From NCBI GenBank assembly GCA_050633305.1, contig JBOEGF010000063.1, positions 1 through 64,000 of the forward strand: 64,000 bases of DNA, written 5' to 3'. Within the stretch, counting starts at the first letter, position 1. Each line of letters begins with the position of its first letter. The notes beneath the pieces are model-generated. The model was not told where the DNA came from. It saw nothing but the letters and a program-made list of their open reading frames with translations, and searched no databases. The stretch comes from Nannocystales bacterium (lineage in GTDB: Bacteria > Myxococcota_A > Polyangia > Nannocystales > Nannocystaceae). The translations under genes and the position numbers were made by a program. Positions 9,071-19,390 of the stretch are shown piece after piece.

Positions 9071-9207
9071 GCCTCGAGGAGGGCCTCGACCGTCTCGACC
9101 GTCACCGCCCGCGAGAGCCAGAGGTCAAGCGTCGCCACATCGGTGCAGCTCTCGATCCGATGTCTTGCAGCCTCCGACACGTGCAGTGCTCGAGAGCGAA
9201 GGATCAG
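9067..9207 (-). pseudogene. 3' fragment carrying a third copy of the same helical motif
   Basis: Minus strand reads ILRSRALHVSEAARHRIESCTDVATLDLWLSRAVTVETVEALLEA*; not in the ORF track. Confidence 0.6.
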
Positions 9208-9483
9208 GGGCTCCGCTGCTCTGCACCCTCAAGGGAACGCCCACCGACCCAAGCTACGCCCGGCACCTGCTCCTGCGACTGGCGAAACGGGCCGGACTGG
9301 AGCGGCGCGTGCACCGTGCACCCGCGTGGGCTTCGGCACACACACGCGGCCGACCTGGCGCTCGCGGGAGTGCCGGTCCTCGCGATACAGAAGCGGCTCG
9401 GGCACACCTCCCTCGTCACCACATCGCACTACCTGCGGCGGGTTGGGGTTAAACTCGACGTTGCGAAGTCGATCCGAGGCTAG
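9204..9483 (+). pseudogene. Tyrosine recombinase C-terminal remnant, frameshifted
   Basis: PLLCTLKG...RLAKRAGLERRVH then HPRGLRHTHA...LGHTSLVTTSHYL; 7-bp tandem duplication CGTGCAC at 9308-9321. Confidence 0.85.
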
Positions 9484-9546
9484 AGGAACTCCACTTTCTC
9501 CCGGCCCGCTCGCGAAAATCTCGGACCTACGCGATAATGGCGTTGC

Positions 9547-10412
9547 TTGACTCCCATCCTGACGAGAATCACCCACCGACTCGCTTCTGTCGCAGTCTTT
9601 GCGACCACGATGGCCCTGGGGGTCTCATCTTCAGCCGAGGCGGCGGATATGTGTCGCAGCGGCACACCCGCCCGAGAGGCGCGGCAATTCGGTTTTGACC
9701 TCGGCCTCTCCCTGGGCGGTGCCTCTGTCTCCGCTCTGGGGACCTTTGCGATCGGACAAGTTGAGAAGGAACAGTGGGTCCCGGCGTTGGACCGTCGCGT
9801 TCCGACAAACGGGTCTGCGGCTGCAGAGATAACGAGTGACGTGTTGTTGTACGGAGCCTCCGCGGCTGCAGGCGGCTGGGTGATCTTCGCGACCGCGACG
9901 TGTTGGAATCGCTACTCGCTCCACCGCTCGCGGGTGCGTCCGCTGTTGGAAGTGTTGTGGCCCTCGCTGTGGACGATTGGACTCACGGGGATGACAAAGG
10001 CTTGGAGCGGCCGGCCGCGACCGTATACGCGCGGTTCGCTCGGGTTCACGGGAGCAGACAGCGACCACCAATCGTTTCCTTCGGGACACACATCGACGGC
10101 AGCGGTACTGGTGACGGTGACCGTCTCGTCCGGTCTGCGGTTGGCAAAACGTCGACTACGCCCCCTACCGCGGCTCCTGATCGCCGCGGTAGGGGCTGAG
10201 CTATGGCATGGTAACGGCTTTCGATGAGAGTGCTGGCCGCAAAGCATCACTGGTCCGACATCCTCGTCGGTACTGCGATCGGGACCGGCATCGGCCTACT
10301 TCCGATCGCAACGGAGTCCGTCGGACTCGAGCTGGACCGCGAACAGGCGACCGTATCCGTCTCTCCGTGGCTCGCGGGAGGTCCCGGCGGCGCTCTGTCG
10401 GGGCGGTTCTAA
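9547..10412 (+). pseudogene. PAP2-family phosphatase, frameshifted near 10190-10225
   Basis: KAWSGRPRP and SFPSGH in one frame; RVLAAKHHWSD in another. Confidence 0.8.
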
Positions 10413-10524
10413 TCGGCGCGAACTCTCCGAACAGCGCCCTCAGGATGACGGTTGGCGGCCTGTCGGGTGAGGAACCGAGCGTCAACGCCGCTCTTGCATC
10501 TTTTCGCTGCGATGTGTTTCCGGC

Positions 10525-10550
10525 CCTTGGACACCTTGGACACCTTGGAC
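10525..10550. repeat. Three tandem CCTTGGACA units (last one partial)
   Basis: Read directly from sequence. Confidence 0.7.
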
Positions 10551-10651
10551 GGGACCCTGACGATGTGCAGGGTCGGCCTTTGGCACCTCTTCGGCGTACT
10601 ACAGCGGGGATGGATCTATCTCGGGAGCCGACCCAGGCGACGCTTAATGTG

Positions 10652-13600
10652 TCACGCCGTCGGTTCGTCCGACATCCTGGTCTTCAACGCAGACAAGGCA
10701 AGCGCTGGCGTCACCCACAGGTTCAGGATCGTCGAGCTGACGAGTCCGCCTAGGATGACGATCGCCATGGGGTATTCGATCTCGTGGCCAGCACGTGGTC
10801 CCACGACCACCAGGGGGAGGAGCGCCAGTCCTGTGGAAGCCGCGGTCATCACGATCGGAGCGAGTCGTTCGCGTGCAGCCCGGACGACCAACTCGACACC
10901 GAACGCTTGGCCTTCCTCGTCCTGAAGGTGGCGGAGGTGTGCGATCAACAGCACGCCGTTGCGGGCGGTGATGCCGATGACCGTGACGAAGCCGACGACG
11001 GTTCCCAGCGACACGACGCCTCCGGTTGCCGCAACCGCGGCCACAGCTCCGGCTGAGGACAACGGCAGGCTCAGCATCACGATCCCGGCGAGTCGCACCG
11101 ACCGAAAATCCGCGAGCAGCACGAGGAAGATGAAGACGATGCTCAGCCCGCTTGCCCCGAGCATCACCCGCACCGACTCATCTCGAGCGATGTGTTCACC
11201 CGAGGTCTCGGCGTAGTGGCCGGCGGTGAACCGATGGAATGCGAGGGCTTCGTCGATGCGTTCCGCGGTCGCCGTGAGATCGGCACCCGGCTCGAGTTCG
11301 ACCGTCACGTCAAGCTTCCGCGTGCCTCGGAGGTGGGTGATCCCCGTCTGCATCGGCCTCACGCGCACGTCGGCGATGTCGGCGAGCCGTACGGCCTTTC
11401 CTCCTCCAGCTCCGATCATCAGCCCACGGATGCTGGAGACGTCGCCGTGTTGTGAGGGGGGTGCTCGCACGACGATGTTGATCGGTTGCTGACCTCGCAC
11501 GAAGGTGCCGACCGCGGTTCCTTGGATCAGCGTGGCGACCTCCGCTCGCACCGCACCGGGGTCAATGCCCAGCGCCGCGCAGCGCTCGAGGTTCGGGACG
11601 ACCTCGACCTGCGGAACCATGGTGAGCGCACCTGCACTCGCATGCGAAACGCCCGGTACCGCTTCCAGCAAGGCCGCAACCTGCTCACCTTCGTAGGCGA
11701 GCACGCCGAGGTCCGGACCGAAGATCCGCACGATGATGGCTCCGGATCCTCCGGTGAGCACCTCGCGAACGCGCTCCTGCAGGTAGGTTTGCACGTCGCG
11801 ATAGATACCCGGGTAGCCTTCGATGACCCCCGAAACCTCCTCCAGCGTCGCCTCCAGATCCGTATCCGGGTCAACGCTGATCCAAAGCTCGGCGAAGTTG
11901 GGCCCCACGACTTCGTCGGCGACTTCGGCCCGGCCGATGTGCGCGCCAAAGTTTCGGACGCCGTCGATGGCGAGCAGTTCTTGGCGCACGCGGTCGGCCG
12001 TTCGGGTCATCCCCGGGAGCGACGTGCCCGGCTTGCCAACCCAGTGCATCAGGAAGTCGTTCTCCGCGAAGTGCGGGAGAAAGGTCTGGTCGAGGCTTGT
12101 CCACGTTACCGCCGAGGTCCCGAGCAACACCGCCGTTGCCACGAGGACCGCCCGGGGATGGCGCAAGACGGAGCGGAGCATCCGGTCATAGACTCGTCGG
12201 AGCACCTGACTGAGCCCGGCTGACTTGTTGGTGTCTCGCTCGCCCGTGAGCAAGACCATCGAGAGGGCCGGCGTGATGGTGAGCGCGACGACCATCGATG
12301 CCAGGACCGCGATGCCGTACGCGAGCGCGAGGGGACGGAAGAACGCACCCGCCACCCCCGGGAGGAACAAGATGGGTACGAAGACGGAGACGACGATCAT
12401 CGTCGCGTAGACGACGGCGCTTCTCACTTCGAGCGATGCGTCGAGGACCAGGCGAAAGATCACCCTCGGCGACCAGTCGCCCGTATGGGCTTGCAACCGT
12501 CGGTGGATGTTCTCGACGTCGATGATCGCGTCGTCGACCACCTCGCCCAAGGCGATGATGAGCCCCGCGAGCACCATGGTGTCGAGCGTGTAGCCGGCGA
12601 GTGTCAACGCCGTGGCCGCGGCGAGGAGAGACACGGGGATGGCGATGGCACTGATGAGTGCGGTCCGCCAATCCCACAGAAACACCACCAGAACGACCAC
12701 GACCAGGGCAGTCCCAATGGCCATCGCCTCGCCCAGGTTCTGAAGTGCGCGCTCGATGAACCCAGCAGGGCGAAAGATGGTGGCGTCGAACTCGATACCG
12801 GGAAGTGCGGGCTGCAGTTCTTCGAGTGCTTGGTCGATGCCGCGCGTGACCTCCAAGGTGTTGGCACCGGGCTGCTTCTCGACGATGAGCAGCAGGCCCT
12901 CCCCGGTCGTGACCAGGGCGTCGCCGATCGGCGGCGCCGGTGCTTCGACGACCTCCGCCACGTCGTCCATGGTCACCGCAGGCCCCGAGCCGACCGCGAC
13001 CGGCAGGCGTGACATCGTCGCGACGTCGATCGTGGGCAGGGGATGCACGACGGGCAGACGCTGGTTCGCGCCTTCGATGAACCCCCCGGCGGTTGGCGCG
13101 GCCGAACGCTGGCCCGCCGCAACGACGTCGCCCAACGCAACGCCGTGCGCGAGAAGCCGCGTGGTGTCGACACGGACTTGCAGCTCCCGCGTTCGCTCCC
13201 CCCAGATCGCCACATTGGCCACGCCGGGCACCGCCATCAGTCGAGGGCGGACTCCCCAGCGAACGACGTCGGTGAGCTCCATCTGGGAAAGGGCCTCGGA
13301 CGCGACGCCGACCTTCAGCACGCGTGAGGTCGACGAAAGCGGCGGCAGGACCACGGGAGGCCGCGAGACGCTGGTCAACTTGGCCTGGGGGATCCGCTCG
13401 GCCACCAGCGCCCGCGCTTCCAGGACGTCGGTGCCTCGCTCGAAGATGAGGAGCACCGAGGAGAGACCTAGCACCGACTTCGACCGGATCTCTGTGACGC
13501 CTGGGGTCCCGACGAGCGCAGCTTCCAGCGGGTTGGTCACCAGCGCTTCGACGTCTTCCGAGGTCAGACCAGGCGCCTCGGTCTGAATCTCGACCCGGGG

Positions 13601-13729
13601 CGGCGCGAACTCGGGGAACGCATCGAAGGACGCCTGGCGTGTCGTGTAGATGCCCACGAGCACTAACACGATGGCGAAGGCGAGAACGACGAAGCGTCGT
13701 CGCAGACAGAATCCTACGAGTCCTCGCAT
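10652..13729 (-). CDS. RND efflux permease, CusA/CzcA-like
   Basis: About 1025 aa; DAFPEFAPP, GEVVDDAIIDVEN, ERLAPIVMTA; ATG overlaps upstream stop. Confidence 0.93.
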   Translation of the reverse strand: MRGLVGFCLRRRFVVLAFAIVLVLVGIYTTRQASFDAFPEFAPPRVEIQTEAPGLTSEDVEALVTNPLEAALVGTPGVTEIRSKSVLGLSSVLLIFERGTDVLEARALVAERIPQAKLTSVSRPPVVLPPLSSTSRVLKVGVASEALSQMELTDVVRWGVRPRLMAVPGVANVAIWGERTRELQVRVDTTRLLAHGVALGDVVAAGQRSAAPTAGGFIEGANQRLPVVHPLPTIDVATMSRLPVAVGSGPAVTMDDVAEVVEAPAPPIGDALVTTGEGLLLIVEKQPGANTLEVTRGIDQALEELQPALPGIEFDATIFRPAGFIERALQNLGEAMAIGTALVVVVLVVFLWDWRTALISAIAIPVSLLAAATALTLAGYTLDTMVLAGLIIALGEVVDDAIIDVENIHRRLQAHTGDWSPRVIFRLVLDASLEVRSAVVYATMIVVSVFVPILFLPGVAGAFFRPLALAYGIAVLASMVVALTITPALSMVLLTGERDTNKSAGLSQVLRRVYDRMLRSVLRHPRAVLVATAVLLGTSAVTWTSLDQTFLPHFAENDFLMHWVGKPGTSLPGMTRTADRVRQELLAIDGVRNFGAHIGRAEVADEVVGPNFAELWISVDPDTDLEATLEEVSGVIEGYPGIYRDVQTYLQERVREVLTGGSGAIIVRIFGPDLGVLAYEGEQVAALLEAVPGVSHASAGALTMVPQVEVVPNLERCAALGIDPGAVRAEVATLIQGTAVGTFVRGQQPINIVVRAPPSQHGDVSSIRGLMIGAGGGKAVRLADIADVRVRPMQTGITHLRGTRKLDVTVELEPGADLTATAERIDEALAFHRFTAGHYAETSGEHIARDESVRVMLGASGLSIVFIFLVLLADFRSVRLAGIVMLSLPLSSAGAVAAVAATGGVVSLGTVVGFVTVIGITARNGVLLIAHLRHLQDEEGQAFGVELVVRAARERLAPIVMTAASTGLALLPLVVVGPRAGHEIEYPMAIVILGGLVSSTILNLWVTPALALSALKTRMSDEPTA

Positions 13730-14892
13730 CAGTGCCCCGGTTCGAACTCGGTTCCAAACAACTCGGCTGCGCCTACCGAAACCACGCACGATCCCGCGGC
13801 GGGGCCCCGACCGAGCACCGCGACACCTTCGACCGTCCGAGCGACGTCGACGGGAGCGCGCCGGAACGCGGTCTCGCTTTCACAAACGTAGACCCAGGTC
13901 GTACCGTTTGCGTCGTGGAAGATCGCTGAGGCGGGGATGCTTCGGACCGACGCCTCCGCTTCGGCGGGGACCGATACGATCACCCGTTCGCCCAACGCGA
14001 AGGCGGTTTCGTTCGCTGCAAGCTTGTAGTAGCGGTCGACCGTATTCGCGGCCGGCGTCGCGGTGGGCGGGCCAGGGACCGGCTCCACGCTCCTGCGGGC
14101 TGAGGTCGCGCCAAGCCCGGCGACCTCGGCGACGGTGGCGGATGCGACGCTCGTCAGATCGCCCGCGTAGAACTGGGCGCGAATCCACAGCGCATCGACG
14201 TCGACGATCTCGAACAGGGGTGCTCCACTGGCGACGGATTGACCTGACGCGACGGTCACTGACCGCAGGACACCTGCTGCCGGCGCGCGCACGGTCATCG
14301 TGACATCTGAGAGGAGAGGGGTCGCACGCGTGGTCCGGGAGCGGGCCTGCGCGGCTCTCAGCGCCGCCGCAGCGGTGTTCCTGCCTGCGGTCGCTTCCTC
14401 GACCGCGCGTTGGCTTCCAGCCCTTCCTTCCGCCAGCTTCTCTGCTCGTTCGAGCCGGAGCTCGGCGGCGATGAGGTCTGCCTTGGCCGACTCGACCTCT
14501 CGGTTGGCGATGGCCTTGGTGTCGCGGGCGGCAGGTGCGAGCGGGGTGAGCCGGGCGAGGACCTCTCCGGCCTCGACGGAGGTCCCCGGCACACCCTCGG
14601 TCAGCTCGCGGATCTGCCCGGCCAGCGGAGCGGAAATCAAGACGGCCGAGCCGGGGACGGCGATGACTTCAGCCGAGGCTTCGAGCGTGGCCGAGACCGG
14701 GCCCTCCTGGACCAGGACGGTCTCGATGCCGAGCCGAGTCACCGCTGCTGGGTCGAGCCGGACGAGGGTGAGGTCGCCCTCGTGGACCGGGTTCTCGACG
14801 TGGGCCGGACTGCTGTGCTCGGGGGCCGCGTCCGGCTTTGCGCACGCGAAGAACGTCGCACTCACGACGAGAAGCGCTGTAACCCGGGTCAC
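13729..14892 (-). CDS. RND periplasmic adaptor (membrane fusion protein)
   Basis: Lipobox FFAC, lipoyl-like motifs, operon position. Confidence 0.9.
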   Translation of the reverse strand: MTRVTALLVVSATFFACAKPDAAPEHSSPAHVENPVHEGDLTLVRLDPAAVTRLGIETVLVQEGPVSATLEASAEVIAVPGSAVLISAPLAGQIRELTEGVPGTSVEAGEVLARLTPLAPAARDTKAIANREVESAKADLIAAELRLERAEKLAEGRAGSQRAVEEATAGRNTAAAALRAAQARSRTTRATPLLSDVTMTVRAPAAGVLRSVTVASGQSVASGAPLFEIVDVDALWIRAQFYAGDLTSVASATVAEVAGLGATSARRSVEPVPGPPTATPAANTVDRYYKLAANETAFALGERVIVSVPAEAEASVRSIPASAIFHDANGTTWVYVCESETAFRRAPVDVARTVEGVAVLGRGPAAGSCVVSVGAAELFGTEFEPGH

Positions 14893-16286
14893 GAGGCAAC
14901 CTCCTTCGGTGCGTTCGCCTGGAGCTGTGCCCCGGTCGCTCGCTCGAGTTCCGCCCAGGCTCGGCGGACGTCTGCTTGAAGTTCGGCGGTTCGAAGTCGG
15001 GCGTCGGCGAGTTGTCGCAGCGCGTCCAAGACGGGGAGGTACGAGTCGTCACCCGTGTTGAACCTCAGCGAGGCGGCGTCGAAGGTGCGCTCCAGCGCTG
15101 GGACGATCGTCTGCGTGTAGCGATCCTCTGATTGCTGGGCTTGTTCAAACTGGCTGCGCGACGTCACGACCTCCAACACCACCTGCTGTCGCAGTCCTTC
15201 CACCCGGTGCCACGCCAGCGCGACCTCGGCCTCGGCTTTGGCCACGCCTCCGCGGTTTTGGTTGAACACCGGAAGCTCCACCGAGCCCCCGACCCGGGCC
15301 CCGACCGCGTCCGAGGTCCACTGCAGGTCGGCTTGCGCGGAGACGGAGAGGATTCGCCATCGCTCCCAGCCGGCACGGGCACCTGCGGCTTCGAGCTGGA
15401 GACGGGAGGCGCGAACGTCTGGCCTCGCGTCCTTTGCGACGCCGAGAAGCTCATCGAGTGCCGGTGCCTGCCGCGCGACACGAAGGTCGGTCGCGACCAG
15501 TGGAGGCAAAGGAGACACGCCGACCAGTGTTTCGAGTCGTGCGCGGCACAAGCCTCGCTGGGTCTTTGTCACCGACAAAGCATCGACGGCTCGCTCGGCG
15601 TCGGCGCGGACGGCATCGCCTTGCGCACCGGCCAACTCTCCCGTAACAACGCGGGTATCGGTCAGGTCAGCGAGCTCCTTGGCGAAGCCTGCGAGCTCGT
15701 CGCGAATCGTCTCCTGCCGTTGCGCGAGCAGGCAGTCGGCGTAGGCGACTCGGACATCGCGAACGAGGTCGAGGCCGGTCTGCACGAGGGATTCGGCCGC
15801 GGCCTCTTGAGCGCGTGCGGCGGCTTTGGTGCGTGCGGGCCTCTGCAGCAACGAGGTCAGCGGAACCAGCAACGTCGCGCTCGCGGAGATGGTCCCGAAC
15901 GGACCGAGCACCGACAGCCGAGGGTTCTCGATCTGCCGCGCGATCTGGACATCGGCTTCCGCGGCTTGGAGTCGAGCGACGTCGGCCGCGAACGCAGGAC
16001 TGTTCTGCAGCGCGAGTTCCGTCGCTTCTCGGGCATCGAGTTCGCCACCGACGGCGATGAGTGGCGATTCGTCAGTCTTTTCGGAGGTGGTGCTCAAGCC
16101 GGTCCGCGCCTCGAGATCTCGACGTGACCACGCTTGATCTTGCTCGGGACGGTGGGCGCAGCCGGTCGCCACGAGAAGGGCAATCGCGGCCCACGGGGCA
16201 CCTCGGGGAGCCTTCTCGTAGCCCTCTCGGCGATGTCGCCGGGTATGACGCGCTGTCACGAGTACAAGCGTAGGCCCCGGACCCAA
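14889..16286 (-). CDS. TolC-family outer membrane factor
   Basis: LVATGC lipobox, RPDVRAS, VELPVFNQNRG; start uncertain. Confidence 0.9.
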   Translation of the reverse strand: MGPGPTLVLVTARHTRRHRREGYEKAPRGAPWAAIALLVATGCAHRPEQDQAWSRRDLEARTGLSTTSEKTDESPLIAVGGELDAREATELALQNSPAFAADVARLQAAEADVQIARQIENPRLSVLGPFGTISASATLLVPLTSLLQRPARTKAAARAQEAAAESLVQTGLDLVRDVRVAYADCLLAQRQETIRDELAGFAKELADLTDTRVVTGELAGAQGDAVRADAERAVDALSVTKTQRGLCRARLETLVGVSPLPPLVATDLRVARQAPALDELLGVAKDARPDVRASRLQLEAAGARAGWERWRILSVSAQADLQWTSDAVGARVGGSVELPVFNQNRGGVAKAEAEVALAWHRVEGLRQQVVLEVVTSRSQFEQAQQSEDRYTQTIVPALERTFDAASLRFNTGDDSYLPVLDALRQLADARLRTAELQADVRRAWAELERATGAQLQANAPKEVAS

Positions 16287-16314
16287 ACGAAACCCAAACG
16301 GGCCGTTTCAGCCA

Positions 16315-17637
16315 CTATCCGGGCATCTTGGCGCGTGGAAGGCGAATGCTCAGGTGGGCGCCCGGCTGCGTTCCGACGAAGGCGACCGAGCCTCGGTGCG
16401 CACGCGTCACGTGCTCCACCAGCGCCAACCCGATGCCGTGACCCGCGACGCCGCGAGCACCCCTGCCACGGAAGAACGGCTCGAACGCTCGCGCTCGTTG
16501 TCCTGCATCCAGTCCGGGCCCCTCGTCATCGATCCGAACTTCGACCTCGCCCGGTCTCTCGGTGACCTGAACGGCAATGGGTCCGTCGGAGAACTTTAGC
16601 GCGTTGTCGATCGCGTTCTTGACGACGATGGCTAGGAGCCCACCGTCGCCGAGGACGGTGCCATCCCCTTCGCACTGCAAGCTGACCCGCGTCGCGTCGG
16701 GCCCGAGCGTCTCGAGAGCCTCTTCGGCCACGACCGACATCGAGACCAGGGCATCTCGTTGGAGCGCTTGCTCTGGAGACGCGAGCACCAACAACCGCTC
16801 CAACAGTTGCCCAAGCTCCGCGGTCCGTTCAACCAGTGCTGGATAGACGGAATCCGGGCCCCGCTGTGCATCTGCTTCCGCGAGCAACTCGAGCTCGGTG
16901 CGTAGTTTCGTCAAAGGGGTACGCAGCTCATGGGCCGCGTCCGCGGAGAACCGGCGAGAACGATCGATCTCGCGCCCGAGCTTCACGAGGAGCGTGTCGA
17001 GGACCGCGACCACGGCGTTGACCTCCTCCGTGTCGGCACGGGGTAGGGCTGCGGTCGCGGGTGCGTTGGGGTCGACCCCTTCGAGGACCTCTCGCAGTCG
17101 GTGAAGAGGCCGGAGTGACCAACGACTGACCCAGAAGCCTGCGAAGACCCCGCCGATGAGAAGCACGAGAACCGAGATGAGTCCGCCGGTCAGCAGCGGT
17201 CCGCGATGCGCGAGCACGTCGGTCCGAGACTGTCCGACCAAGGCTACGAGTCCATGAGGCGCACTCGAGGCTTGGCAGACCAACCAGTGGTCTTCTGACT
17301 CCGCGTTGGGCTTGCAGCCGTCTGCCGTCGCAAGGTCCAGCTGCGGGCTGCCTGCAACGCGAACTCCATGCAGATACACCGTGATGGTGTCGCCGGCGTG
17401 GGAGAACTCGCGCACCTCGTCCTCGATATCCAAGTGACGGACGGACTCCACGGTCACAAGCTCCACCTCCAGCTCATCGATGAAGGCCTGCGCTTTGGAG
17501 AGCGCGCGTTGCTCGGCCATCGATGTTGCGCGAGCGTCGACGACGAAGAGGGACACGACCAGCGTCACCAACGAAGCGACCACAGCGGCGAGCGCCGAGG
17601 CCGTTGTGACCCGGTTGTGGAGCGAGCGCCTACCCAA
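16315..17637 (-). CDS. Sensor histidine kinase
   Basis: Two TM segments, AAHELRTPL, NAIDNALKF, GHGIGL. Confidence 0.95.
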   Translation of the reverse strand: MGRRSLHNRVTTASALAAVVASLVTLVVSLFVVDARATSMAEQRALSKAQAFIDELEVELVTVESVRHLDIEDEVREFSHAGDTITVYLHGVRVAGSPQLDLATADGCKPNAESEDHWLVCQASSAPHGLVALVGQSRTDVLAHRGPLLTGGLISVLVLLIGGVFAGFWVSRWSLRPLHRLREVLEGVDPNAPATAALPRADTEEVNAVVAVLDTLLVKLGREIDRSRRFSADAAHELRTPLTKLRTELELLAEADAQRGPDSVYPALVERTAELGQLLERLLVLASPEQALQRDALVSMSVVAEEALETLGPDATRVSLQCEGDGTVLGDGGLLAIVVKNAIDNALKFSDGPIAVQVTERPGEVEVRIDDEGPGLDAGQRARAFEPFFRGRGARGVAGHGIGLALVEHVTRAHRGSVAFVGTQPGAHLSIRLPRAKMPG

Positions 17638-18280
17638 GTGCGTATCCCTCCCCCCGAACGGTTCGGATCACGGCCTTGCCGAGCTTTCGGCGAATCCGAC
17701 CCACCAACACCTCTAGCGAAGCCATCGCAGCTTCGTGGTCATCGCCCCACGCTTCCTCCAACACCTGGAGTCGCGAAACGACTCGGCCATCACGCGCCGA
17801 GAGACAGTCCAAGATCGTCCACTCGCGAGGCGTGAGGTCCACGGTGACCTGTTGGCGGGTCGCCTTCCGCCGCTCGAGGTCGAGTCCCACGTCTCCGATG
17901 CTCCGAACACTTCCGCCGGTTGCTGCGCGGCGGCGTCCGAGCGCGCGCACCCGGGCACGAAGCTCGGCAAGTGCGAACGGTTTGGCTAGATAGTCGTCTG
18001 CGCCTGCGTCGAGGCCGGCGACCCGATCTGCAACGGCAGCTTGCGCGGTGAGCAAGAGGATGGGCACCTCGTTGCCGGCCTTCCGCAACCATCGGCACAG
18101 CGACAGGCCCGACCCGTCCGGCAACCCCAGGTCGAGTACAACCACGTCGACCAACTCCTCCAGCGCGGCGCGGGCGTCTGCGAGGCATGGGGCTTCCTCG
18201 ACACGATGGCCCTCGCTACGAAGGGACCGGCTCAGCAGGTCGAGTAGCTCAAGGTCGTCGTCGACAACAAGGATACGCAT
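17630..18280 (-). CDS. OmpR-family response regulator
   Basis: ILVVDDD, LDLGLPD, AGADDYLAKPF, TVRGEGY. Confidence 0.95.
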   Translation of the reverse strand: MRILVVDDDLELLDLLSRSLRSEGHRVEEAPCLADARAALEELVDVVVLDLGLPDGSGLSLCRWLRKAGNEVPILLLTAQAAVADRVAGLDAGADDYLAKPFALAELRARVRALGRRRAATGGSVRSIGDVGLDLERRKATRQQVTVDLTPREWTILDCLSARDGRVVSRLQVLEEAWGDDHEAAMASLEVLVGRIRRKLGKAVIRTVRGEGYALG

Positions 18281-19032
18281 GGTGGTCCTGCCTTCGTCTC
18301 GGCGAACGTCCCGAGCTTACCCCCGAGATCGTGGGCTGTGTCTAAGAGAGGTCCTCGCTCCGCGAAAATCAGAAGAGGCTGAGGGGTTCTGGAGCGATAA
18401 ACGCGGCGCGTGCGGCTCGAGCCCGAAGGCTCTGCTGGTCGTCGCCGAGCTCCAGCAGTGGGCCCTGACCGCTTGCACATCTCTGGCGGGCAACCAGCCC
18501 TCCCCGTAGAGGTCCAGTGCGAGGGGCCAGGCGCCCTCGTGGGCGCGCGTCAGACCTTTCAGCGTCCAGGTCCCGATGTCGAAGCTGTCCCCGGGGACCT
18601 CCGTCTCGTTGATGTAGATCGCGTCCGAACCCCCTCGACAACCGGTAACGACGGCTGACAGATGCCCCAGCCGTCACCCAACGAAAGATCAAGTCCTGCT
18701 CCGAACTCGTCGCCACAACATCGCCAGCAGGGCAAGCCAGCTCCGCCCCCTGAAGCGATGACACCCACCGCAACAGCACCGGGGAAGGGTGGGACCCAGT
18801 TGACAACCTCGTCGTCCAACGTGTCCGGCTCACGAACGAGCGCCTGAGGAAGCGTCTCTGTCAGGTCGTAGGAAGGAAGTAGCACCACAGCATCACGCAC
18901 CCCCGCTCCGGCCGGCTTTCAGCTGCGCTGAACCTCCGGAGGCTGAGGGTCCGATATGAGGACGATCGTACTTGCCAACTGCCCAACTACCGCAGGTTCC
19001 CCAGGGCGCCGGGACGATAACACTCGCCACAC

Positions 19033-19183
19033 ACCTGAACACCCGCCGTTTCAGAACCTCGTTTTTCGGGCCTATCTGCCGCCCCAAGGCCCCCTACCCA
19101 CCCGTGGCAAAAACGCCGATAATAAGGACTATGTCCAATGAGGACAGGATGTCCTCACAGGGCATGAGCGAGCGTATCGCAAG
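19033..19183 (+). repeat. Long diverged direct repeat, copy 2, with dif-like core at 19112-19139
   Basis: Core AACGCCGATAA-TAAGGA-CTATGTCCAAT; offset 10,723 bp from copy 1. Confidence 0.88.
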
Positions 19184-19390
19184 CACGCAAGCAGCGCAAC
19201 GCCGCCGTGATGTCGTCGCAGATCCCGATGCGGCAGATCACGGCGGGGCCGGATCGTGAAGTTTAGTACGCTCACGATCGGGCGCTCCGGCGTCTCGAAC
19301 CCGCACAAGGGGACGGTTGAGGACGTCCTGGCCGTAGCCCACCTCTTGCACACCGGGCCCGTGCGCGCGAAGGTGAGGAGCACGCGAAAG

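Noticed and set aside
8458..9483. Integron integrase with cassette array
   Set aside because: The recombinase is a short relic with no visible IntI-specific insertion, and no attC-like sites were found.
18300..18900. Minus-strand protein-like frames upstream of the response regulator
   Set aside because: Broken across frames with no recognisable motif; possibly a decayed gene.
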